This document shows positions 49,850-60,100 of a DNA stretch of 64,000 nt, one piece after another (position 1 is the first letter of the stretch; each line of letters begins with the position of its first letter). The translations under genes were made by a program, and so were the position numbers. The notes under the pieces are model-generated. The model did not search any database. It was given only the letters and a program-made list of their open reading frames with translations, and had not been told where the DNA came from. Origin of the DNA: Burkholderiales bacterium (GTDB lineage Bacteria; Pseudomonadota; Gammaproteobacteria; Burkholderiales; JAEUOS01); the NCBI GenBank assembly GCA_947473125.1, contig CANJDH010000015.1, positions 184 to 64,183 on the forward strand. The letters are read 5' to 3'.

Positions 49850-52789
49850 ATGGACAACCGCAGCATCTTCTCCAAGACCGGCAAAGGCTCACTGGAGATC
49901 ACCAAGAAAAGCATCAAGCTTTCCAGCGAAGAACGTCAGGCGTTGATCCTGGTCGATGGCAAGACCGCCTACGGCGAGTTGCAGGAAAAACTCAGCCGCG
50001 TCCCCCCGATGAAGCTGCGCGTGGTGTTTGACAAACTGGTCGAACTGGAATTGATTCGGGAATTTGTAGCAAAGGCCGAGCCGCCTGCGGCCGCGCCGGC
50101 GGTGGCCGTGGCAGCGAATTCGGTGCGCGCTCTTGATGGCGGCAGTGACCTCGATTTCACTGCACTGATTTCGCCTGCCAAACCCGCTCCTTCGGCGACT
50201 CCCGCTCCCCGCGCTCCCGCACCTGCCCCCGCGCCGGCACAGCCGGCCGTGGCGACGCCGAAGTCGACTGCGGACGCGGACGAGGAAGCGCGAAAATTCC
50301 ACGAACTGATGTTTGGCACTCCCAATGCAAGTACCGGCGCCGAAGCGGAAGCCACGCGCAAGGTGGAAGCCGACCGCGCCGCGCAGGAACAAGCCGCTCG
50401 CCAAGCCGCCGAGGCTGAAGCGCGCCGCCAAGCCGCTGCCGAAGCCGAGGAAGAAACACGCAAGGTGCGTGAAGAAATCCTCCGCAAGGAACAGGAACGC
50501 AAGGCTGCCGAACAGGCTGCCCAGGCTCGCGCCGCCGAAGAAGCAGCACGCCGCAAGGCCGAAGCCGAACGCCTCGCACGCGAGCAGCGCGAGCGCGAAG
50601 AGCGTGAACGCCTGGAGCGCGAGCGTGCCGAAAAGGAACGCCTCGAACGCGAGGAAGAAGCACGCCGCAAGGCCGAGGCCGAACGCATTGCCCGCGAGCA
50701 GCGCGAACGCGAAGAGCGTGAACGTCTGGAACGCGAACGCGCCGAAAAGGAACGCCAGGAGCGTGAAGAAGCGCAGCGCCGTGCCGCCGAAGAAGAGGTG
50801 CGTCGCAAGGCCGAGGCCGAACGCCTCGCCCGTGAGCAGCGCGAACGCGAAGAGCGTGAACGTCTGGAACGCGAACGCGCCGAAAAAGAACGCCAGGAGC
50901 GTGAACAAGCACAGCGCCGTGCCGCCGAGGAAGAGGCGCGCCGCAAGGCCGCCGCCGAGCAACATGCCCGCGAAGAGCAGGAGCTTGAGGCGCGCCATCG
51001 TGAAGAGCGCGAGAAGCTCGAGCGCAGTCGGCTCGCAAGGGGGCGGGAGGAACAGGAGCGCGCCGCAGCCGCCGCGCAGGCTGCTGCATCGTTGTCCGCT
51101 CCGCTTGCTTCGGCCGCACCTGCGATTGCGCTGGTTGAGCCCGCACCCGCGCCTGCGCCACCTGTACCGGCAGCGGCGACTGAAATTTCACCCCCGGCCC
51201 CGACTCCGGCGCCGGCCGCCGCAGATACAGGTTCACTTGATTTCAACGCCGAAGCCAAGGCGGCATTCGACGCCGACCTTGATTTCGCACCGGCTTCTTC
51301 CGAGCAGCGACGCAAGGCCGAAGTTGATCAGTTGCTCTCCAACACCGGCGGCGTGCCCCTGGACGGCGCTACCCCGTTGACCGGCGGCGGACCGGATACC
51401 TTCGGCGATACCGGGTCGGTGATCGATCCGTTCACCGATGACAGCACCGGCACCACCAAGGAACAGGAAGCCGCCTCGCGCAAGGAGATCGAGCAGGAGG
51501 CCAAGGAACGCGCCAAGGCGGAAGCCAAGGCGCAAAAGGAGGCGGAGCGCGAAGCCAAGCGCCTCGCCAAGGAAAATCGCGTCAAGGTGCCGGGCCGCGG
51601 GCCGTCGATCGGCGTCATCATTGCCGTGCTGCTGGTGTTCGGCCTGGTCGGCGGTGTCGGCTACCTGATGTTCAAGCCAATCGACAAAGCCGCGATCGAG
51701 CAAACGCTGAGCGAACGCCTGGGCGAGCCGGTCACGGTAGCCAGCGCCAAATTCTCGCCGTTCCCGCCGGAGCTCACCTTGGGCGGCATGACAGTCGGCG
51801 CACTCAAGCTCGGCAACGTGGTTGCGCGGCCCGACCCCTCTTCCCTGATTTCCGACCACAAGGTCTGGAAATCGGTCGAGGTCAGCGGCCTCTCGCTGAG
51901 CGCCGAAGCGGCGCGCGGCATACTCGCGCTAGCGACACGCGATGCCCCCAAGATCGCGGCCAGCCGCACCGAAATCCAGAAGGTACGCATCACCGACATG
52001 GAGATCACCGGGCTACCGGTGAGCGTCCCGAAATTCAACATCGACGCCCTGCTCAGCGCGTCTGGCGGCCTCAAGCAGGTCACCCTGGCGACAACCGATG
52101 ACAAAGTGCGGGCGCTGCTGCAACCCGACGAGAAAGGCTGGCTGGTCGACTTCGAATCACGCGGCCTACTGTGGCCGGTCGGGCCCAAGGTGGCCTGGGA
52201 ATCGATTCGCGGCAAGGGTGTCGCCAGCGCGCAAGGCATCAAGTTCGAGGACTACAGCATCACCCAATTCGGCGGCACCAGCCGCGGCGCGGGCGAGTTG
52301 AGCTGGAACGACGGCTGGAAGTTCAACGGCAACCTCGATACCGGCGGCCTTGAATCCGAACTCATCGCCAAGGCGTTTTACGACGCCACACCGGTGTCGG
52401 GCGGGATTGAAGGCAAACTGGCCATTTCGATGAGCGGCACCAGCCTCGCGCGCATGCTGCAAACGCCGCAGATCGACGGCGTGGTGAGCGTCAACAAGGC
52501 CATCGTCAAGGGTGTGGACCTGGCGCGCACCGCACAGACCGGCGCTGCCGCACCCGGCTCGACGCGCTTCTCCGATTTTTCGGCAACCATTGCCGCCAGC
52601 GGCGGCAGGCTGCAACTCAAGGACATCAAGGGCGTGTCCGGGCTGCTCACCGTGAGCGGACTGGCCGAAGTCGGGTCGGACAAAGCGCTCGGCGGCGCGC
52701 TCACGGTAGAGCTGGGCGTGGGCGGGTCGCGCGCCAAGGCCAATATCAAACTCTCGGGCACCGTGACTGACCCGAAGCTGAGCAAGTAA
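49850..52789 (+). CDS. 979-aa bitopic membrane protein with a long cytoplasmic E/R/K-rich region and an AsmA-like periplasmic domain
   Basis: Uninterrupted ORF with no signal peptide. Domain order is a small N-terminal domain, Pro/Ala-rich linkers, an E/R/K-rich repeat helix, one TM helix and an AsmA-like C-terminal domain. The single TM helix is IGVIIAVLLVFGLVGGVGYLMF. The C-terminal part contains FSPFPPELTLGGMTVG and TRFSDFSATIAASGGRLQLKDIKGVSGLLTVSGLAEV, which resemble AsmA-family N- and C-terminal motifs. Confidence 0.85.
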   Translation: MDNRSIFSKTGKGSLEITKKSIKLSSEERQALILVDGKTAYGELQEKLSRVPPMKLRVVFDKLVELELIREFVAKAEPPAAAPAVAVAANSVRALDGGSDLDFTALISPAKPAPSATPAPRAPAPAPAPAQPAVATPKSTADADEEARKFHELMFGTPNASTGAEAEATRKVEADRAAQEQAARQAAEAEARRQAAAEAEEETRKVREEILRKEQERKAAEQAAQARAAEEAARRKAEAERLAREQREREERERLERERAEKERLEREEEARRKAEAERIAREQREREERERLERERAEKERQEREEAQRRAAEEEVRRKAEAERLAREQREREERERLERERAEKERQEREQAQRRAAEEEARRKAAAEQHAREEQELEARHREEREKLERSRLARGREEQERAAAAAQAAASLSAPLASAAPAIALVEPAPAPAPPVPAAATEISPPAPTPAPAAADTGSLDFNAEAKAAFDADLDFAPASSEQRRKAEVDQLLSNTGGVPLDGATPLTGGGPDTFGDTGSVIDPFTDDSTGTTKEQEAASRKEIEQEAKERAKAEAKAQKEAEREAKRLAKENRVKVPGRGPSIGVIIAVLLVFGLVGGVGYLMFKPIDKAAIEQTLSERLGEPVTVASAKFSPFPPELTLGGMTVGALKLGNVVARPDPSSLISDHKVWKSVEVSGLSLSAEAARGILALATRDAPKIAASRTEIQKVRITDMEITGLPVSVPKFNIDALLSASGGLKQVTLATTDDKVRALLQPDEKGWLVDFESRGLLWPVGPKVAWESIRGKGVASAQGIKFEDYSITQFGGTSRGAGELSWNDGWKFNGNLDTGGLESELIAKAFYDATPVSGGIEGKLAISMSGTSLARMLQTPQIDGVVSVNKAIVKGVDLARTAQTGAAAPGSTRFSDFSATIAASGGRLQLKDIKGVSGLLTVSGLAEVGSDKALGGALTVELGVGGSRAKANIKLSGTVTDPKLSK
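50549..51076 (+). repeat. In-frame tandem DNA repeats (114, 138 and 138 bp plus one degenerate unit) encoding RRKAEAERLAREQREREERERLERERAEKER...
   Basis: Units start at 50549, 50663, 50801 and 50939 (CG[CT]CGCAAGGCCGA...). Units 2 and 3 are near-identical at the DNA level. Confidence 0.85.
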
Positions 52790-52874
52790 GCACAAGGCCT
52801 GCAGTAGCGTACGATTACCGACTTCAACCGCTGCCGGCTGGTCCTGGCTCAGAGGCAGGCACCTTGAGCAGCAA

Positions 52875-52907
52875 TAAAAAACGCGCTCCTTGGAGCGCGT
52901 TTTGTTT
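52875..52907. terminator. Bidirectional rho-independent terminator between convergent genes
   Basis: AAAAAACGCGCTCCTTGGAGCGCGTTTTGTTT. Confidence 0.8.
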
Positions 52908-52919
52908 GGGCCTGGCTGA

Positions 52920-53945
52920 TCAGAGCTTGCGGTCGCGCGATGCCGGCAAAAAGTTCGAATTGAAAATGCCGTCCGGGCTCACCGAATTCTTGATGCCGAA
53001 GGCGGTGACAACACGGTCGATGGTGTTGTCAAAGCGCAGCTTGTTGATGGCGCCGAGGCCCTCGCGGCGCGCCACCGGGGTATCGACAAACTCAAGCATC
53101 ATTTTCAGGCGCTTCAGTTCGGTCGCCTCGGTGACCAGCGGGTCCTTCTGCTTGACCAGGCCGATGAAGGCCTCAGGGTTGGCCACCACATCCTTGATGG
53201 CACGATTGACCGCGCGCAGGAAACCGCGCACCGCCTCGGGGTTCTCGGCGGCAAATTTCGGGTTGACGATGATCGCGTTGCCATACAGCTCGGCGCCAAA
53301 GTCGTTGTACTTCATCATCACGATGTCTTCTTCCTTGATGCCGCGCGCCGTAAGGCCGATGTAGCTCGTAAAGGTAAAGCCGGTAATGGCGTCGACCTCG
53401 CCACGCTGCAACATGGTTTCGCGCAATTGCGGGTCCATCGACTTCCAGCTCACTTTGGCAAGGTCGAGCTTGTTGGCGCGCGCCAAAATCGGAAACGCCT
53501 TGCGGCCAGCGTCAAACGACGGCGCCCCCAGGGTCTTGCCCGCAAGGTCGGCCGGGGTCTTGATGCCCGATTTCTTGAGCGCCAGCACGGCAGCCGGGGT
53601 CGACTCATACACCATGTAAATCGCCTGCGGCTTCGATTGCGCACCAGGATTGTTGCCGATGAACTCAATCAGTGCGCTCAGGTCGGCGAATCCCAATTCA
53701 TACGCGCCGGTCGCCACCCGGCCAACCGAGGCGCCCGAGCCGGTGCCCGAGTCGATCGTGACGTCGAGTTTTTCCTGCTTGAAATACCCCTTCGATGCCG
53801 CAGCCAGAAACAGCGCGGACGGGCCCTCAAAGCGCCAGTCGAGGGTGAATTTGATCTTGGTGTCTTGCGCCGCAGCCGAGAAAGACGCTGCGACAAGGGT
53901 CGCACCGACAAGGGCGCGAATGAGTTTACCTGCACGAATCAACAT
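52920..53945 (-). CDS. ABC transporter substrate-binding protein (NMT1/THI5-like, nitrate/sulfonate/bicarbonate type)
   Basis: The product has a signal peptide (LVAASFSAAAQD) and an NMT1-like periplasmic binding fold pattern. No permease or ATPase gene is adjacent. Confidence 0.85.
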   Translation of the reverse strand: MLIRAGKLIRALVGATLVAASFSAAAQDTKIKFTLDWRFEGPSALFLAAASKGYFKQEKLDVTIDSGTGSGASVGRVATGAYELGFADLSALIEFIGNNPGAQSKPQAIYMVYESTPAAVLALKKSGIKTPADLAGKTLGAPSFDAGRKAFPILARANKLDLAKVSWKSMDPQLRETMLQRGEVDAITGFTFTSYIGLTARGIKEEDIVMMKYNDFGAELYGNAIIVNPKFAAENPEAVRGFLRAVNRAIKDVVANPEAFIGLVKQKDPLVTEATELKRLKMMLEFVDTPVARREGLGAINKLRFDNTIDRVVTAFGIKNSVSPDGIFNSNFLPASRDRKL

Positions 53946-54116
53946 GAGACCTCCGGTTGGTCAATCAGACGAAAATACTGCTCTTCGGGTACAAGCGAGA
54001 AGTGTACCAAAGCGCCACACGCCTGCCATCAGCGCCTGTCGCTGCACCCTTCTGCACCGCCAAGAACCGCTCCCACCAACGGTTTCGGAGCATCTTCGGC
54101 GACGCTCACAGTAGCA

Positions 54117-57100
54117 TCACTGAATGGTCACGGTGAAAGTTACAATGCCGGTCGCCTGGGGGTTCAACTGGCCGCTGAAATTCCAGACAAAAGCACCGCT
54201 CGCTCCGGCTCCCGGGTCGGTCAGGGCACCCGTCACGAGGCCGCCGGGAGTGGTGTTGAAAGCCGGAATGTCGGGTGCCGAGCCATTGTTGGTACGCACC
54301 GTAAACGGCGGCGTCGAGTCACGAATCACCAGCGAGGTCAAGCGCTCGCTGCTGGCGTTGGTGTAGATGATGCGGTATTGCAGTCGGTCGCCCACCTTGC
54401 CGCTGTTGTTGGTGCCGAATCCGGCGCCGCTGCTGGCCACGCACGCCGCCCCGCCCGGGTTCGCCGCAGCATTGTCGAGATTGCACACCTCTTTTTGCAG
54501 CCGCAAGCCATCGCCTCCCGTGGCCGAGCCCGACAGCGTCGTATCGACGACGGTGAGCGTGGTGCTCAGCGCCGGCAATGAGTTCGTGTAGCTGAAGGTC
54601 CCGGTCACTGTCGCCTGATTCTGCGCCCCGAACGGCGCACTTGGCGGGATTGACTCCTTGACGATGATACACAGGCGCCGTCCGCTCGGGTCACCTGCAA
54701 TGGTGTCGTTTGGATCGAGAAGCACGGTGCTGCCTGCCACGCCCGAGCCGCCGATGACCAGTGCGGTTTCGGCCGGATCAATCGTGCCGTTGCAATTCGA
54801 ATCCCGGTAAATCACCTCGCCCCAGCCGGTCATGTTCGGCCGGGCTACCGCATTGACGCTGAACACCACGCCGCCAACCGACCCCGGCACGTAGGTGTGC
54901 GGGTAGAACACCACCTCGCCGGGCGGCGCCTGTTTGGTCTGGTCAGCTGTAAAGCGGTTGATCGGTACGTCGCCAAAGTTAAGACTTTGATAGCTCGTAT
55001 TGGCCGCAGGCGCAAAGCTGATCGAATCCGCCGGGCGACTGGCGCACGTGGTGCCGGTAGCGGTACGGCAATAGGTATACCCACTGTTCGGAATATCGGA
55101 AATGAGCTGTGTAGCCCCCGCGCTGCCACCGGTCGACAGATGACCTTGCGGGTTGGTTTCGATGACACACAAAAGCGCCGGCGGCCCGGCCGGTACCGCA
55201 AAACGATAGTCACCACTGACGTCGGTAGTAGTGGTCGCATAGATGGTCGCGGCGCAGTTAGTCAATTGCACCGTCACACCCTGGATGCCCTGCCCCAGGT
55301 TGGCGGGTTGCTGCGGATTGGCAGGCGCCTCGACCCCCTGGAGAACACCATCATTGGCGGTGGCGCCGGCCCCGCCGGTATCCCTGAACACCTTGCCCGA
55401 AATCAACGCACCTGAGCGCAGGCCGATATTCCAGTTCGACGATGGAACCAGCCCGATGCTCACCGTGGCGTAACCACCGCTTGCCGGCGCCCGGAAGAAC
55501 CACGCCGTCGGCGCAACCGCCACCGCGTTGATGGCGCTGTTGGTCACGACGATCTGGTAATTGCCGGGATCCACGTTATTGAACGTAAAGTCACCAGTCC
55601 CCGGCGTTAGCGCGACCGACTGCACCACCAGCCCGCCGGTACCCACGAGGTTGACAAAGACGTTGACGCCGGTCGCCCAGGTCTCGCCGGGTGCGCCCAG
55701 GTCAAGCACGCCGTTATCGTTGGAATCCACATACACCCTGCCGCTCACCGGCACACCGGCGCTGTACACGATCAGGTAGGCCACGTTCGACTGCGAGCCT
55801 GCGGTCGGTGTTTGCGTGGTGGTCACGCCCGACGCGAAGTTGGGCCAGCCCAGCGCCGGACTGACCGAGCTGCTGGTCACGTCCACCGTGACGCTACACG
55901 AACCGCCGCCCGGAATATCGCCGCCGGTCACGGTAAACGAGGTGTTGCCGCCGCTGGCAGTGCTGCTCACGCTGGCGCAGGTGCCGCGCACGTTGGGCAC
56001 CGCCGCCAGTTGCATGTTGGTCAGGCCATCGGTAAACGACATGCCGGTGAGCGTCACGCTATTCGGGTTGGTCACCGTAAAGGTCATGCTCGCCACCCCT
56101 CCAACGGGAATCGACGGCACACCAAACGCCTTGCTGATCGAAGGCGCTGCCGCGTTCACGGTCAGGTTGGCAACGTTGCTGGGCGACCCGGTGACGCCGG
56201 GGGTCACGACATTGGCGGTGACGCCAGTGGTCGAATTGGGCAAGGTGCCCGGCGTATCGGACGTCACCGGCACATCGATCCGGCAGGTGCCGGGCGTTGC
56301 ACTGACGCGCGCCGGCACCACCGCACTGGTGCTGCCGGTGCCGCTTAACCGGACGCCGATTGCCCCGCCTTGCGTGCCGGACCAGACCCCGGTACCTGCC
56401 AGGAACTGGACGGTGCTCACACCGCAGGTGTTGACCACGGTCCCGCTGGTCGTCACGCGCATGTTGGAGAACGGGTCGCTAAACATGACTGTCGCGCCCG
56501 AAGTTGCGATCGATGCATTGAGGTTGCTCAGCACAAACGACATGGTTGCCACGCCGCCGGCGGAAATGGTTGACGGCGTGAACGACTTGGTGATCTCGAC
56601 GGCCGATGGCGGCAACGGCGCTACCGTCAGGGTTGCATTGGTCAGGTTGCCGGTGCCGCTTGAGGCGCTCACGGTGCCGGTCACGTTGTTGAACGTGCCC
56701 GATCTGGTCGCCTGGACGTTGACGGTGATAGTGCAGGTGGTCGGCGAGCCGAGCGAACCGGCGCCGAGCAGGCCGTTGACCAGGCTGATGACATTGGTGC
56801 CGGGCGTGGCTGTCAGCGTACCGTTGCAGTTGTTGATTGCGCCCGACGGGCTGTCGATCACCATCCCTGCGGGCATGGTATCGGTGAAGGCAAGGGTGTC
56901 AATTTCGACCGTGTGCCGATTTTGGATCGTGAAGGTCAGCGCAGTGGTCTGGCCGATGGTGACGCTGCTCGGGCTGAAGGATTTCGCAATCGTCGGCGGA
57001 GCGGTCACGATCAGGGTTGCAGTGGCATTGTTGCCGACGTGGGTGCTCGATGTGATCGGGGTCGTACTGTTGTTGAACGCTCCCGGAACACTGGTTGTGA

Positions 57101-60100
57101 CCCTGACCGTTACCGTGCACACAGTACCGATCGCCGCAGCGCCTGCGAACGCACCGAGGGTCGCAATCACGCCGGTATCACCCGCAGAAATCGCGCCGCC
57201 GAACAAATCGGTGCGAGTGAACCCACACCCGCCGGCTTGGGCGGAAGTATTGTCGAACAGGGTCATGCCAGCGGGGAACACATCACGAAACGTCATGTTC
57301 GCTTGTGCGGCAAGCGAATTCTTGGTGATACTAAACACCAGGTCTGACTGCCCCCCCACCGCTATCGGGTTGGTGCTGAACGCCTTGGTAATCGACATCG
57401 GTCGTGTTGCCGTGCCGACCGACAATGTGGCGCTGGCCGGCGCGATCGGGCTGCCGGCATTGGTGGTCGTCACGCCGCTCGTCGCCACCGTATTGGTGAT
57501 ATTGACGTTGTTGACCGTGCTTTCTACGTTCACGGAAATAGTGCAACTCCCCGATGCCGGAATCGCCCCGCCGGTCAGGGTAAGCGAGGTGGCCAGTGCT
57601 GCAGAAGTTGCCGTTCCGGCACATCCGTTCACCAAATTCGGCGTCGCGGTGGTGCGCAGATTTGCCGGGTAGGCATCGGTGAGATCCACGCCTGTGATGG
57701 GCACGCCATTCGGATTGATCAAGGTCAACGTCATAACGGTGGCGGTGACAGCAGCGCCAACCGTCGAGGGTGTGAAGGACTTGCTGATCGATGGAGGCGC
57801 CATCACCGTCAATTGCGCCGTCGCCTGCGTTCCGCTGGCGCCGGCAGGTTGGGCCAGCGTGATTGCGCCGGTAGAGTTGGTGTACAGGCCCATGGCGCTG
57901 GCCGTCACTTGCCGGGTGTAGACGCAGGTGCCGCCGGCGGGGATCACAAAGTTGGTGCCCCCGGTACCAAGTGCGGCAAACGAGTTGCCGTTGGCGGCCG
58001 CCGTAAACGATTGCACCACGCAGCCGGCGCCCGTGACCGTGCCGCCCGCCGCTGCGGTGTTGGTAATGCCTGTCGGGTAGGTATCGGTAAACACGGTGGC
58101 CGCACTGGTGGCAGCAACGCTGTTCGGGTTGAATACCGATATCGACAAGGTACTCACGCCCCCTGCCGCAATGGTCGAGGGAGTAAACGTCTTGGTGGCG
58201 ATCACCGGCGCGGTGGTGCTTGCCGGCGGGTTGACCACCAAGGTGCCTGAGGTACTTGCCGTGCTGCCGGCGTTACCCGTCGTGGTGATGCCCGTGCTGT
58301 TGAGGAACACGCCACCGGTGTTGGATGTCACGTTCACGGTCAGCGTACACGTGGTATTTGCCGGCACGGTGCCGCTGTAGCTCAACTGGTTGTCGTTCGC
58401 AATGCCGGTAATCGTGCCCGCAGCCGCACACCCCGCGCCGCCAATGGCAGGTGTCGGCGTCGCGGTGTTGATCATCCCCGACGGATACACGTCCGTCAGG
58501 GCGACGCCGGTAACGTTCGCGCCTGCGGTCGGGTTGGGATTGAACAAGCTGATTGTCATCACCGATGCCACACCGGCGTTCACCGTAGTGGGCAAGAAGC
58601 TCTTGCTCACCCGCAGCGGTTGCAGCACGGTCAATGCGCTGCTCGCTGCCGCACCGCTGGGCGCATTGCTCGCGGTGATCGTGCCGGTACTGTTGAGGTA
58701 GATTCCTGCCGCGCTTGCCTGCACATTGACGCTGACCGTGCATGACCCGTTTGCCGGGATGGTGCCACCGCTGAGGGCCACGAGCGACCCGTTGTTGGCT
58801 GCGCTCACCGAACCTCCGCTGCAGGTGGTGGTGCCGGCCGGCGACGCGGTGTTGGTCATGTTCGCCGGGTAGTTGTCGGTAAACGCCCCTCCGGTGATCG
58901 CAAATCCGTTCGAGTTGCTCAAGGTAATCGTCAACACCGATGCGACGTTGGCACCCACAGTGGCTGGGCTGAAGCTTTTCACGACCGTCGGGGCGGCCAT
59001 GGCGCGCAAGATGTCGGTCGCGGTATTGCCGACGGTCGCCCCGGAGGTCACCGCGTTCGTCACGTTCACGTAGCTGCCAGCGGATGCTCCCGCAGCCACC
59101 GCGACGCTGAACACACAGGTGCCGGAAGTCGCCACGGTCGCGTTATTGAGGCGGATGGTTGCCGGTCCGTTTGAGGTCGTCAGCGTGCCGCCGCACATCG
59201 CAGTGCTTGCCGGCGTAACCACTGTCATGGTTGCAGGAACCGTCGGCAACAGGTCAGTCAACCCCACCTGGGTCATCGGTGCGGCATTCGGATTGGTAAT
59301 CGTGAAGGTCAGCGTCGAGGTGCCGCTGGGCTGCACCGGGTTGACGGTAAATACCTTGCTCACAAACGGTCGCGCAACGCTGAGTGAACTGTTTGCCGCC
59401 GCAGCGTTGCTGCCCGCATTCGACGTCGTCACCGCGCCGGCGCCTATGGTGTTGTTATACGAGCCCGCTGTCGCCGAAGCCCTGATGTTGACGGTGACTG
59501 TACAGGTGCTGTTGGGAGAGATTGTGCCGCCGGACAGCGCTATCGACGCGCCTGCATTTGCGGATGTCACGGTACCACCGGCGCAGGTAGTGGCGCCGTT
59601 GTCCGGCGTATCGTTGGTGTAAATGCCCGCGACCACCGGGTAGGTATCAGTGAACCCGACGCCGGTGATCGGCGTGGTGTTCGGGTTGGTGAGCGAAATA
59701 ATCAAGGTCGACGCGCCATTCGCCGCGACCGCGGGAGGAACAAACACCTTCGACACGGTCGGGGGCAGCAGTACGGTCAGGGTCGCGCTGGCCGGCAAAT
59801 TGTTGGCGCCGCCGGTCGACGTCAGGGCGCCAGCCGGCACCGTATTCACATAGGGTCCCGCCGCCGCCGCAGTAACCCGCACCGTGAGAATGCAATTGCC
59901 GTTGCTAGGCAAATAGAGATTTGTGGCGCTGAGGTTGGCCGCCCCCGCAGTGGCTGTCAGCGTGGGTGCTGCCGTCAATGGCACGCCATTGCAGGTGGTC
60001 GCCGCGTTCGACGGGTTCGCATTGACCATCCCTGCCGGATAGCTGTCCACCAGCGCACCGGCGCTGGCCGCAATGCTGCTCGGATTGAGAATCGTGAAGG

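Noticed and set aside
50549-51076. Regularly spaced direct repeats that could be mistaken for a CRISPR-like array.
   Set aside because: The repeats are contiguous, with no unique spacers. They are 114-138 bp long, in frame, and lie inside a coding sequence. No cas genes are present.
49889-51315. Minus-strand ORFs of 369, 448 and 359 aa inside the E/R/K repeat region.
   Set aside because: They are reverse complements of GAR/CGN/AAG-rich repeats (Phe/Leu/Ala/Ser/Arg-rich nonsense). The plus-strand ORF continues into normal N- and C-terminal domains.
55816-57672. 618-aa plus-strand ORF (plus several others between 54,124 and 63,971) opposite the giant gene. Its V/T/L/P-rich composition looks superficially protein-like.
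   Set aside because: The minus-strand frame is open for more than 9.8 kb with a coherent domain-repeat structure. The plus-strand ORFs are fragmented mirror products of the Thr/Ala/Gly/Val codon bias.
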